From Paragordius varius (Eukaryota > Animalia > Nematomorpha), in the NCBI GenBank assembly GCA_964247055.1, contig OZ176059.1:2728001-2792000 (forward strand): a DNA stretch of 64,000 nt. The letters run 5' to 3'. The position numbers were made by a program, and so were the translations under genes. Within the stretch, counting starts at the first letter, position 1; each line of letters begins with the position of its first letter. The notes under the pieces are model-generated. The model was not told the DNA's origin. It worked only from the letters and a program-made list of their open reading frames with translations, and ran no database searches. Positions 51,506 through 63,400 of this stretch are shown piece by piece.

Positions 51506-52001
51506 CACTTCGATTTAAATTGGGGTATTTAAATACCTTAGACGAATATATTTAAATTGAAATTATTAAAAAACTACTGAAAGAAACGGTTTTAATTTAA
51601 ATTTATGCTTCTATCCTAATAAAAATTATATAGCCGAAATATCTAATTAAAATTTGGTTTTGAAAAAATAGTTTCATATCAAATAAAAGCTAATTTTTCA
51701 TTTAAAATACATCTAACATTGATAGAAACAGAAAAAGTGGTTTATTTTGTTTTTTAATTTAGCTTGTGCAGACATGTCATGTTGACTAAATTTTTACCTT
51801 ATATTTTACCTAAAAATAAGTAATATCACGTATTTTTGAATAAATTTTATGTATATTTTAATTCATTAATGTTAGAAAAGTGCAAGTTTTGGCTATGGTT
51901 TCAATCCATTCCATATTTTAAGAATTATTTAATTTTAAACAGGCCGGGGTATCCAACTACCCCAATTCGAAGGACTGAAAAGGATTTGTTGTATTCAATT
52001 G
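51506..52001 (+). mobile_element. piggyBac-like MITE (copy 4)
   Basis: TTAA|CACTTCGATTTAAATTGGGGTA ... TACCCCAATTCGAAGGACTGAAA..CAATTG|TTAA. Confidence 0.75.
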
Positions 52002-52181
52002 TTAAATGGCTAGCTTGTAAATGTTGACTGTCATTTAGATTTTCTACACCAGAAATGTCAAAAATAAAATTTTATCCATTATATATATGATAATCATATT
52101 TTATTAAAAACAACCTCCAAACATTGTATAGTTTATAGCAAGAGTGTCCGCATTTTTAACTCGGAAATTTTGGCGGGCCAG

Positions 52182-52629
52182 TTTGGGGTAGTTTTATATC
52201 CCAGAGCCATTTAAATTTGAATATCCTAAAAAGTATATGAGCTATTAAGCTTTCAAAAATACGCATTCCTTAGTCTTTTAGGCGCATAATAAAAAATAAT
52301 TTTTGAAAAAATGTAAGATTATAAAAAAATCCTAATCTCAAATTTTTTTGCATGCAATTTTTTTCTTTCAATCGCTAAAACAACAGGTAAATAATGCATA
52401 TTATGGTTAGAAAATATGAATAATTAATATATAAGTTTTCAGGCTACATTTTGCCAGAAAACTTGATATTTTAACATCAGTTGTTTTTTAAAATGTTTTG
52501 GAGCTGCCGTTAATGCATAACTTTAAAAATATAAGCTTTTTATCGAATAGAGAAAGATGATACTCTATCTATATTTTAAAACTGTAGTTTATTTACAAAA
52601 TAAGCCCTGCGATATAAAACTACCCCAAA
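52182..52629. mobile_element. TIR MITE
   Basis: TIRs tttggggtagttttatatccca / tgcgatataaaactaccccaaa; sibling at 10608-11080. Confidence 0.6.
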
Positions 52630-53094
52630 ATGTAAACTATGACAAAAAAGTGAAAACGTTATGAAGCGTTATATAATTTATTGAATATTTTATATGTCAA
52701 TCATGGAACTGAAAAAGCTTATGACCACAAATTAATTTATTTATTGCTTATTCCGTTAGTATTTGGAAAGACATATTCAGATTTGTCTTTATTTGAAAAA
52801 TTTAAAATTACTTCTCAAAACGTTTGAACGCTATCATTACGGTTTCAATTATAAAAATTTGAATGAATGATAATTTATTTCAAAGAAAGCATATTATTTC
52901 CAATTTTAGGGCAATAGTTATAATTAAATATTTAGACCTCCCTTTACGGAACAATAAATGGTATCAATGATATAATAATTAAAAATAATATTTTGATGAA
53001 AAAATATTTACAAATAGATTTTTTTACCTATAAAATTTTGTATTTATATAGTTTTTTTCAATTTTTTCTAGCCGTTAAAAGTTTTTGGAGAGGT

Positions 53095-53145
53095 GAATGC
53101 GCAGTGGGCTGCGCGTATACGATATAAAAACATCCCGGAAGTATT
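53095..53145 (+). promoter_or_regulatory. Putative DUS1L promoter motifs
   Basis: Isolated GC-rich patch about 170-210 bp upstream of the ATG with inverted gcgcag/ctgcgc (53099-53114) and ETS-type CCGGAAGT (53135-53142). Confidence 0.4.
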
Positions 53146-53308
53146 TTTGTAAGAAAATGTATTTTTTAAAAAACTTAAGTTTTCGATTTACCATATAATT
53201 TTGCCACATTTGATCGAACATAAGAATGTTTGAACATGTGAATTAAAGTTAGGCAGCATGTTTTTGATGTTGTTGTGGTTTCACCCCTGATTATTTGAAA
53301 AAAATTAT

Positions 53309-56300
53309 ATGGACAATTGGGAACACTGGGATTCCATATTAGGATCTCCCAAATTTGTGACAGCTCCTATGGTGGATATGAGCGAATTGCCGTTTAGGTA
53401 TTTTAAATGTTATTAATTTTAAAACCAATATAGTAGCGTTTAAATTTTTAAGTATCTTCAGTTAAGACTCTAAAATTAAAAAAATAATTTTAATACATAA
53501 ATATAAATGCATAATGTATTTTATTATGTGGAAAAAACAAATTTCTGTTTGTGTTTGAAATATTAAATATTATCCCGTCAAACTGGGCAAGCAAACTATA
53601 TTTTTTAATATCCTGCTGAAATTAGTTGAAAGTTAAAAGTGAACAAAAGCGCTTTTTAACGTCTTTTTTGATTACTATAGCATAAAAGACATTTTCACCG
53701 TAAATTAGTATATGATTACTATTGGAATGTTTAATTAATTCAGAACAAACATAATATTTTAGAAGTATGCAAATTTATAAAATAATGCTTCTTATAATTA
53801 GAATTTTAATGCAAGTATAACATGATCATAATCCTAAAAAATATTCGGTGGAAATTTAGATTTTTTTAGATTTTTATATGCAATATTAAAGTCATAGCTT
53901 TGGTAGTCTTCTATTTGAATATTTGAGTATTTGGGTAGTCAACTATTCTTAAAAGTAAGGTAGTTTACCCTTAAACAATTAGAATCACTCTTAAATAAAT
54001 TATGGGTTTTTTTAAAATTAAAAATTACCTATATCAATATATATATTTTTAAAAAATAAAATTTTGTTTTAATTTAAAAAATACTGAAAAATAAACTATC
54101 ATCATATATCTTATACTAATAATGTATTAGATCAAAAACACATAATTTATTTTTAGGGTGAATTGGAATTGTTCAAGGGTGAAATTGAATTGTTCGAGGG
54201 TGAATTCGAATTGTTTGAGGGTGAATTCGAATTGTTCGAGGGGAATTTGAATAGTTCAATGGTGAATTTGAATTGTTCGGGGGTAAATTCGAATTGTTCG
54301 AGGGTGAATTTGAACTGGAAATGGTAAAATATATTTTATTTCAATTATTTTCATATTTAATGAAATATTGGTTTATTAAAAGAAAATACATTTATTTTAA
54401 TGTTTACTATGTTAGAATGCTAACTCGGAAATATGGTTCAAATTTATGCTTTACTCCCATGTATCATTCCGCTCGTTTTGCTCGAGAACCCAAATATCGA
54501 AAAGATTTTACCACAAATCAACAAGATTCACCCCTTATTGTTCAGGTTCTAATAATTTTTTTTAAATTAAAAGTTTCTTTATTTAATAACTAAGTTTGGG
54601 TAAAAATTAAAATGAATTTTTTCTATATATTCCTACCTAGTTTTGTTCCAACAATGCCAATGATTTTACACTGGCCGCTTCACAAATTACTGAACAAGAG
54701 TGTGACGGTATAGATCTCAATTTGGGTTGTCCGCAAAAAATTGCAAAACGCGGTAAAAATCATTAAATATTTTAATTCTAAATACAATAAAATTAAAATT
54801 TATAAATATAAAGGAAACCATATTTTTTGATCGTTAATATTTAGACATATACACATATATATATATATATAAAACTTGAATAATTACAATTTTGAAATGT
54901 TTAATAGAGAGTATTGACATAACTCTCTTCATTATTTTACAATCCAAAACGATAGATAATATATTGATGAAATATCAAATTTAGAAATATGATTTCCTTT
55001 GTCAATTACCATAACATAAAAATTAGTAGAATTCATCAATCTTATTATGTACCATGGACATTTTATCTCTACCCATAATAATCATTTTCAAATTTACCCT
55101 TGAACATTAAATTTATTTTAGCCTAACGTTTTGAGTTTCGAATTCACTCTAAAGGATTTGTTAAAATTTTCCAATCCCATTACCCTTAAACATTTCGATA
55201 TTATAAAGTCGATTCCGACTAACTGCAACATTGAAAATATAACTCTTCATTCACTGCGATTACCGGATCTGGTATTTAGATCGGATAATGTGATTGGTTG
55301 GTTTCTTTGAGGATGTTATCCATCCAACGAGTTAATTTTCTTCCTCTTTTATTACGAGCACCACTCACTTTTCCCAGCATTAGTGACTTATCAAGTGAGT
55401 TTTGGCTCTCATAATGTGCCTGACAAAGGAGAGTTTTTGCCGTATTAAGCTGCCTAGGAGTGACATTTCTGGGTTAATTTTATTAGAATGGTGGTGTTTA
55501 AAACTTTGTCTGTCCATTTTATTTGGAGAAGTTTCCTCCAAACCTATAATTCGAAAGAATTTATTTGACGTTCGTCATATTTTTTTCAGTGTCCAGCTTT
55601 CCTTCCCCCCATACATGAATGTGGGGAAAACTGTAGCTTTGATTAATCTGATTTTGGTTTTTTTAGTTTAATGTCATGATGTGACGTCCAAATCTTGTTA
55701 TATTTGAATGTGACTGCTTTAGCGATAGCAATTCTTCGCTTTATTTCTGGCGTAGAGTTGTTGACATTGTTAATAATGCTACCTAAGTACGTGCAACTGT
55801 TTACTGTTTCAATCTGATTACCATTGAGGATTATTGAATTAGTTGATTTGCATAACTTTTGTTTTTTTAAAGTTATATTTAAACCGAATTTACTTCTTTC
55901 ATTTGTAAACACTTGCAAGGCTTGCGATAATGTGTCTACACTGTCTGCGAATAAGACTGTGTCATCCGCGTAATAAGCGGATGTAAGTAAGTTTCCACCT
56001 ACGTTAATGCCATAAGTTTCTTATTATGCATTCGAGGTATGCGTTAAAGAGAATTGGGGATAAAACGCATTCTTGGAGTAAGCCTAATTGCACCTTACAT
56101 GAATCAGTTATACCGTGAGGTGTAGATACTACAGCCGTGGAATTTAAATAAATTTAGAATATGACGTTGGTTAGATGGGTTGATACTCCAAGTTGTTTTA
56201 GGGATGTTGTTAAATTTGAAAGATTATAATAATGGGTTTTGAGGGGTTGTTTGTATGCAGATTGCAATTATACGTTCATTGATTGGATTAAAAATGTCAG

Positions 56301-59300
56301 ATTTTATTATTATACCGACACCGTTGTATTTTAACATAAGTTATGGCCAGAGTAATACATTATATGATTGTCGAAATCTAAAGTACCGACGGTAGAGGCA
56401 ATGCGTGATTCTGAAATGTCTTATTCGCAGACAGCTGTAGACATATTAGTATCGCAAGTTTTTCAAGTGTTTCCAACTGAATGCAATAAATTTGGCTTAA
56501 ATATCAACTTTAAAAAAACAAAAGGTAAGCAAATCAACCCAGCTTTAACAACTAACTAATTTAATAATCCTTAACGGTAATCAGATTGAAACTGTAAATA
56601 ATTACAAATATTTGGGCAGCATTATTAATAGTGACAACAACTCTACTCCAGAAATAAAAAGGAAGAATTACCATCGCAAAAGAAGTCACATTCAATTATA
56701 ACAAGATTTGGACGTCACATCATGACCTTAAACTAAAAACCAAAAAATCAGATTAATCAAAGCAACAGTTTTCCCCACATTACTATATGGGGGGGGGGGG
56801 GGGGAAGCCGAACGCTGGAACAATCAATAAATTCTTTCGAATTATGGGTTTGGAGGAAACTTCTCCAAATAAAATGGGCAGGCAAAACGCCACTATTTTA
56901 AATAAAATTAATCCGGAAATGTCACTACTAGGCAGCAGCCTAATACGGCAAAAACTATCCTTTTTTGGCCACATTATAAGAAAGATCCTCACTTGAAAAG
57001 TCACTAATGCTGGAAAAAGTGAGTAATGCTCGTAGATGAATAACATCCTTAAAGACCGACCATTCGAACTAAACGCTAGATGTTGTTTTTGCAATGAATG
57101 GAGAAGTTATAAATGTTGCAGTTAGTCGGAATTGACTTTAAACAACAAACGCATAATATAAAATAAATCATGTGTTTTATGATTTAATGGTCTCAACGTT
57201 TCTACATACATGTAGATTATTTAGGAAAATGTTTTAAGGGAAAATATTTATTAAAGAGTATCTTTGATTGTGTTTCTAGAATAAACATGTTAAATGTTTA
57301 AAGAAGGTTAATTATGCTATATATACGTAATCAAAGGTCATTATGGTGCCTACCTCCTTAATTCAAGTCAAGACATGTGCCTTGTTTCAGACATTATAAA
57401 AATGGGCGCTCGAAATACACCCCATGCCATAAGTGCAAAAATACGCATATTCAAGGATGATTACCATAAAACGTTTCAATATGCCCGGATGTTGATTGAT
57501 TCTGGTTGCAAAGTAGTTTGCGAATTATTATAATTTGAATTTTTTATTTGGTTTGTTTTGTTTGAAACAACAGGGATGCAGGGATGTGTCCAACATAAAT
57601 GGCTTGGCGGGCCGAATTCGAATTAATATATATGGGGGCTAAATATTTTATTACTAGATTTCAAACATTCTGCATATATATATATATATAAATGATACTT
57701 ATTTTAACAATTGTCATTGCTAAATTTGGATAGAAAATATTGATCTTGCTTACTCTTTTGTAAATGACAATTATTTCCAATTTATTTTTGACATTTTTCG
57801 AAAGTTTCAAATTTTTTTGAAGGGCCGCGCATGTCCTAAACGTTTCCAGTTACAATTGTCTTTGATTATGTATCCCTGTTTTTTTAAAAACCCATATTAG
57901 GCAAAGGTTTTCAGTTGAGATGTGTTGGAAAAGATTTTTTTCGAAAAAATGGTTTTGTTTCCATTTTGTTGATTTTAACACAGCTTACTAATTGTTTTTA
58001 TTTTATGTGGAAATTTAAAAAATATATGTTAAATGGTAAAATTTCATTGCTAATATGTTAGATTCCTCCTCCAAAATTTTAAAACAATTTTTTTTGATGA
58101 TATAAATATGAAAACGATATAAAATAGGTTAACATTATATTGGAAAATAAATTTACAAATTTTATATTTTTGGCTTGGTTTTGTTTTGAGAGGTAATTAT
58201 TTAATTTTTTAGACGTGATATTATATATAGAGATTTTGTAACATCTAGAATATTACAAAAAAATAAATAAGATTACGGCTAAATTAAATAAAGATCAACC
58301 GTAAATTTATCAAAATTTATGATTAAACATTTTATATTATTTTGACTTTACATATAGTTTTTAACTATTCATGCACGTGATTTGGACCAAAAGGGTCCCA
58401 ACACCGGTCTCGCTGATTGGTCCATTATTCAACGCCTTAAGCAGGAACCAACCATAAGCGTCCCAATCATAGCTAATGGTAATGTGATAACACGTGAGGA
58501 TGCAATCACGTGTCTCGAAACCACGTGTGCTGATGCCGTCATGAGCGCCGGTTATTAAATTGTCTTAAACTTTTTCGTTTTAAACAGTAAAGTAATAAAA
58601 AAGAAATTAACAAATTTTAATTTTTTAATTATCGATAAATATAATATATGCTCTTTTAGAAATGTATCTTTTTATGGTTAATAATTATAGAGTAACATGT
58701 ATACAAAAACAATCAATGCTAATTTGCTATTTTCCCTCATTTTAACCAGAATGTGGATTTAATTTAAAACTATTTTTTATACACCATAAGCTAGATATAT
58801 GGTTTTTGAAGCTTTTCATGATTTTTTTATTTCTAAACAAATTATTTTTGAATTTTCCTTTATATAATATTTGTTTAGAAGCTATATTACAAAACCCGGC
58901 TCTTTTTAACACTACTACGTCCTCGTCAGCAATTACTGTTTGGCAAATGGCTCAACAATTTTTGCAACTTTGTGAGACATATCCCATACCTATCAATCAC
59001 ATTAGAGCACATTTGTTTAAAATATTTCATTTATGGTAAGTTTTTTTCTCCTTTAGTTTGAATGTCGGTTCCAATTTATATTTTTTAAGAAAATAACGGT
59101 TTTGTTTTTATTTCTAAAGGAAAAGAATTTAATTTTAAGTCCAAAGAATTTTTTTGCAAATTTTGGTATCTTTGTAAAATTTATAGATACCTTAATATTG
59201 ATACATTGTCAATAAATAGCTAAAAATATATGTTACAGCATCTTAATGCGTGTTAATTCAGAAAAAACTTACTTTTAGTCTATTTTTTCATTGCAAAATA

Positions 59301-60263
59301 GAAAAAATATAAAAAATCAGGTTAACTCGTTTTAAAATTGAAAAAAAAAATAAATTTAAAAATTAATTAAATATTGTTTGTTCCATGTTTTCGATTCTAA
59401 AACGGTTTCGAGATCAATTCCTAGCTAATATCCTTTTAAATCATTAATTTGCCAGTTATATATACAATAAAAATTCAAATTACACGGAGTAAAAATATAT
59501 GGACAAATATTTTCTTTTAAAAAAACCATATTTTTAAAATTCATATTTAAAAATTACTGATGGGTTTGGATTGGAATCAGATATGTTTGTTAATACACTC
59601 ATTTGATGTAATCAGGTATTTTATGTAGGAAATGGTTTGAAAAGGTAGGGCTGTATTTTATAAAAAATATTGCTTTTTATTTTTACGTTTTGTCAGTATA
59701 ATTTCAATTTTTACTGTATATATATTTATATAAATATGTATATATCATTTTTAATTCAAATTTATCCTTTAACAATTCTATTCCCTCACAAATTATATGT
59801 TTTGTAAGATTAAAATTTACCTATATTTTTATATATTTTTGAAAAATGAAATTAGGTTTGAAATTAAAACAATATTGAAAAAAGAATAAACTATGCCATA
59901 AAGATATATTTCATATTAATAATGAGTTATATTAGCCTCCGAAAACACATAATTTATTTTTAGTGTGAATTTGAATTGTTAAAGGGTGAATTTGAATTGT
60001 TCAAGGGTGAATTTGATTGTTCAAGGGTGAATTTGAATTGTTCAAGGGTGTATTTGAACTGTAAATGGTATATGTATAGTTTACCTTTATTACCTCTTAC
60101 ACGAGAACTGTTATGCCAAGCAAATTCAATCTCCGATTTCCATCATTTAATTTTAACGCTAAAATCCGCGTTTGAACCGATATCCTGTGATTTGGATTTT
60201 GTTAGAATTAATTTTATTAACCATATTGATGTCATTGGTGTAACCCTAGAAGTAATATTTTAG
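53309..60263 (+). CDS. DUS1L: tRNA-dihydrouridine(16/17) synthase DUS1L-like; exons 53309-53397, 54416-54545, 54641-54752, 57337-57512, 58358-58550, 58879-59035, 60080-(3' end uncertain, in-frame stop at 60263)
   Basis: [101 protein letters not shown]; phases are consistent. Confidence 0.9.
53965..54326 (+). mobile_element. FB MITE copy H (orientation 2), about 90 nt before the DUS1L exon 2 acceptor
   Basis: Seven or more tandem gggtgaatt(c/t)gaattgttcga subrepeats; right end ggaaatggta. Confidence 0.8.
55205..56240 (-). mobile_element. Degraded RTE LINE 3' fragment in DUS1L intron 3
   Basis: Minus strand shows LLQECVLSPILFNAY, YYADDTVLFADS, KFGLNI and TYLGSII with frameshifts; 3' end gttagtcggaatcgac. 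Confidence 0.85.
56420..57150 (+). mobile_element. Degraded RTE LINE 3' fragment, inverted relative to 55205-56240
   Basis: LFADS, KFGLNIN and QKLSFFGHIIRK segments; ends gcagttagtcggaattgactttaaacaacaaac. Confidence 0.85.
59742..60070 (+). mobile_element. FB MITE copy I (orientation 2), 8 nt before the DUS1L exon 7 acceptor
   Basis: Tandem aagggtgaatttgaattgttc subrepeats ending gtaaatggta-tatgtatag|exon. Confidence 0.85.
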
Positions 60264-60426
60264 ATTTTTGATGTATTATAATAATAATTTATTGATGGGG
60301 AATTAATCTATCTTATTAACATAATTATCGCGAATAAATCATTGATTGAAACTTAAAATTATCTTAGGATATAATTTAAAAGATGCTTATTTATATTTAA
60401 TTATTGATATATAGCGGATATTGAAA

Positions 60427-63400
60427 ATAATAATCATCATCATCAATCAATCATCATCAAGTCGTTGTTTGTCCAGCATGTGCCAGCTTCCAAATTCTTG
60501 AGCGAAATAGCTTGCGATCGAGACAATCGTCTTTGTTCAGTTGAGTTAAGTGTAAGTCATTGCTGAGTGTTTTTTCCCAATCATGGTATGGTCTGCCTCG
60601 TTTTAAATTGCCGTTCGGATGAAAGGATCTAATTTTGTTAATCCAACTATTTGAGCGTTCAATGTGACCCCAGTATCTGAGACGATTTGCTCTGAGAAAA
60701 GAAGACATAGGTGCGATATGAAACAGATTATGTATGCTTTTATTATTATTTGTTTTATCATTGTGATACTGATTGGTGAGGCATGAGTTGAGGATTTTTC
60801 TTTCTATGTCACATAATTTATTTTCATTAGTTTGGTTTAAGGGCCAACATTCGCTAGCATAGGTGAGGGCAGGGCGAATGGCAATCGTGTAGATTTTGCC
60901 CTTGTTTGGGTTTGAAATGTGTTTGTGTTTCATTATATACTTGAGTTGATGAAATTTGGCCCAAGCCTGATGTGACCGTGTTGTTATGGCGTTTTTAATA
61001 TTCATATCAGCTGCTATTGTGTCACCCAGGTAATTGTACTTGTTTACTATTTCGATGTTTGTAGTTGGAAGGTAGGTGGTTTGTGTGGGATTATTTGGGT
61101 TTATATCTGGTGTTGCACAAGCTTTACATATAAAATTTTCAATTCCCAATAAACTTCCTTTAATTTGTGAGCACTTTTTATGGACCCACAGCTGGCATTT
61201 AGTGCATTTGATGGAATTAAGTTTCACTTCAGAGTGACAAATGGAGCAAGGGAATTTTATTACAGGTACCGGTGAGCCTGTTATTAAAGTCTTTGTTTTA
61301 TCTGTGTTAATTTTGAGGCCAAATTTTTCTAAAGTAGATTTCCAGAGGTTATATTTATTGATAATGTCTGTTTCGCTGGTGGCTGTTAGTATTATGTCGT
61401 CAGCGTACATCATCTCAAAAGGTAAACCTGTTTTTATATTATCAGTTATTACATCCATAATGATGATAAATAGTAATGGACTGAGGATGGAGCCCTGGTG
61501 TAGTCCGACAGTTACTGGAAATTGATTGGTATCACCCACGGGAGTTCTCACGCAACTAGTGGTGTTCTCATATAGTAAGTTTATTATTCTTATTATCCAT
61601 TCCGGGATTTCTTTTTTTCGTAACGCAAATGTGATCATGGACCGCGGGATGCAGTCGAATGCACGGCTTAAATCAATAAAGATGTGATATAAGGTTTTGT
61701 TTTTGCATCTGTAATTCTCTTGTAGCCTTCTAAGAATGAATATGGCGTCAGAGGTGCTGATCCCCTGTTGGAAACCGAATTGGTTTTCGTCAATCGAGCA
61801 AAGCTGACGTATTTTCTTTTCTATAATTATTTCGAATAATTTGGTTGCGTGTTCAAGCAATTTTAATGGTCTGTAGGAGGCGCAGTTGAGCATGTCGCCT
61901 TTGTTTTTATATATTGGAATTATGACACTTTGGTTCCAGTCGTTCGGGATTTTTTCCTCCATTATAATCAGATTAAATAGCTCTGTGAAATAGGTAATTG
62001 CTTCAGGAATATTTTTGTACATTTCAGTTTTAATTTCCGTTGGACCAGATGCCTTATTGATTTTACATTTTTGCATGGCTAAGCTCACATCTTCTGCAGT
62101 AATAATTGGGGGTGGCCCAATAACTGGAGGTAAGTTTGGGATCTCGACATTTGAATGCTGGAAATTCAGTGTATTTTGCATGTATTGTGTCCATACATTT
62201 TGAATGCTAAGAGTGTCAGTAACTGTGTTGTTATTTTTATCTTTTATGGCTTTCACTACCCAAATATCTTTTTTATTATTATTAATATTTTTTAGTGTTT
62301 TAAAAACTTTTAAGTTTTTAATTTCTCCCTCAAGTTTTTTGGCCATTTCCAAACATCTTTCATTCATTTTGTCAGCTATTATTTTCTTTACTCTTTTTTT
62401 AATCATTATGTAAAAATGTTTGTCATCATCATGTTTAGAAGCTTTCCATTTCTTAAAGGCATCTCTTTTCTCATTCAATAAGGGTTTAATATCGCTTTGC
62501 CACCACCATTGAGATTTTGTTTTGGTACGTTTTCTTCCGCAGATTTTGGAAACGTTTGAGAGAAGGGTGTTTTTGAGATGCTCCCAGCCGTCATGAACGT
62601 TGTTAGGGGAATGTTTTAGTTCAGGTGTAATTTGGTTGATGTATTGATGCTTTGTTTTAGGATCATTAAGTTTTGCAACGTTAAGTTGTGGCAATTTTTT
62701 AGGGCTAGGTCGGTTCTTATTTATTATTAAAAAAGCAACTATTAGTTTATGTTGTGTATCATATTCATAAGTTTTAAAGTTGGTTATAATTTTTCTAAGT
62801 TGTTGGTTCAGCAACACAAAATCTATTTGCGATGTGTGATTTCCGCTTTTATATGTGTGGATTTGGCTAGGTTTTTTACAGAAGTGTGTGTTGCAAATCA
62901 ATAAGTTTGCGGCACTGCAGAATTCCAAGAGGGTTTCGCCCTCTTTGTTGCGAGAGCCAATACCTACTCCACCGTGTATACCTTCATAACCATCAGCGTG
63001 CATTCCAATGTGTCCATTAAAATCTCCGCCGATCAGAAGTATATCATTTGTGGGAACATTTTGTGCGATCTGATAAAGCTGATTCCAAAATTCCTGTTTG
63101 GTAGTTTCATTTTGACCCTGTTGAGGGGTATAGATGGATAGTATGTTAAGGGTGGTATTATTGAGAGCCACTCGCATTTGAATAATTCTGTCGCTGTGAC
63201 GTGTAATGTCAATTATATTATCTTTTATCTGATCGTTTATGGCTATTGCTACCCCTGATTTCCCTGATTTTCCTCCTTCATAATACAGTGTAAAACCTTC
63301 ATGTTGATAATTACCTCCGTTTTTAAAACGAGTTTCTTGTAAACAACATATGTCAAGCTTTTGTTCTTTAATCGCATTTATTATCATCCAAGCTTTTCCA

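Noticed and set aside
141-54870. Numerous (TA)n microsatellites and poly-G/C runs
   Set aside because: Ordinary for this kind of genome; relevant only as MITE target sites, which is covered in the findings.
24334-60070. Regular 21-bp repeats as a possible CRISPR array
   Set aside because: The repeats are contiguous without unique spacers, form inverted arms of a MITE, and the context is a eukaryote with no cas genes.
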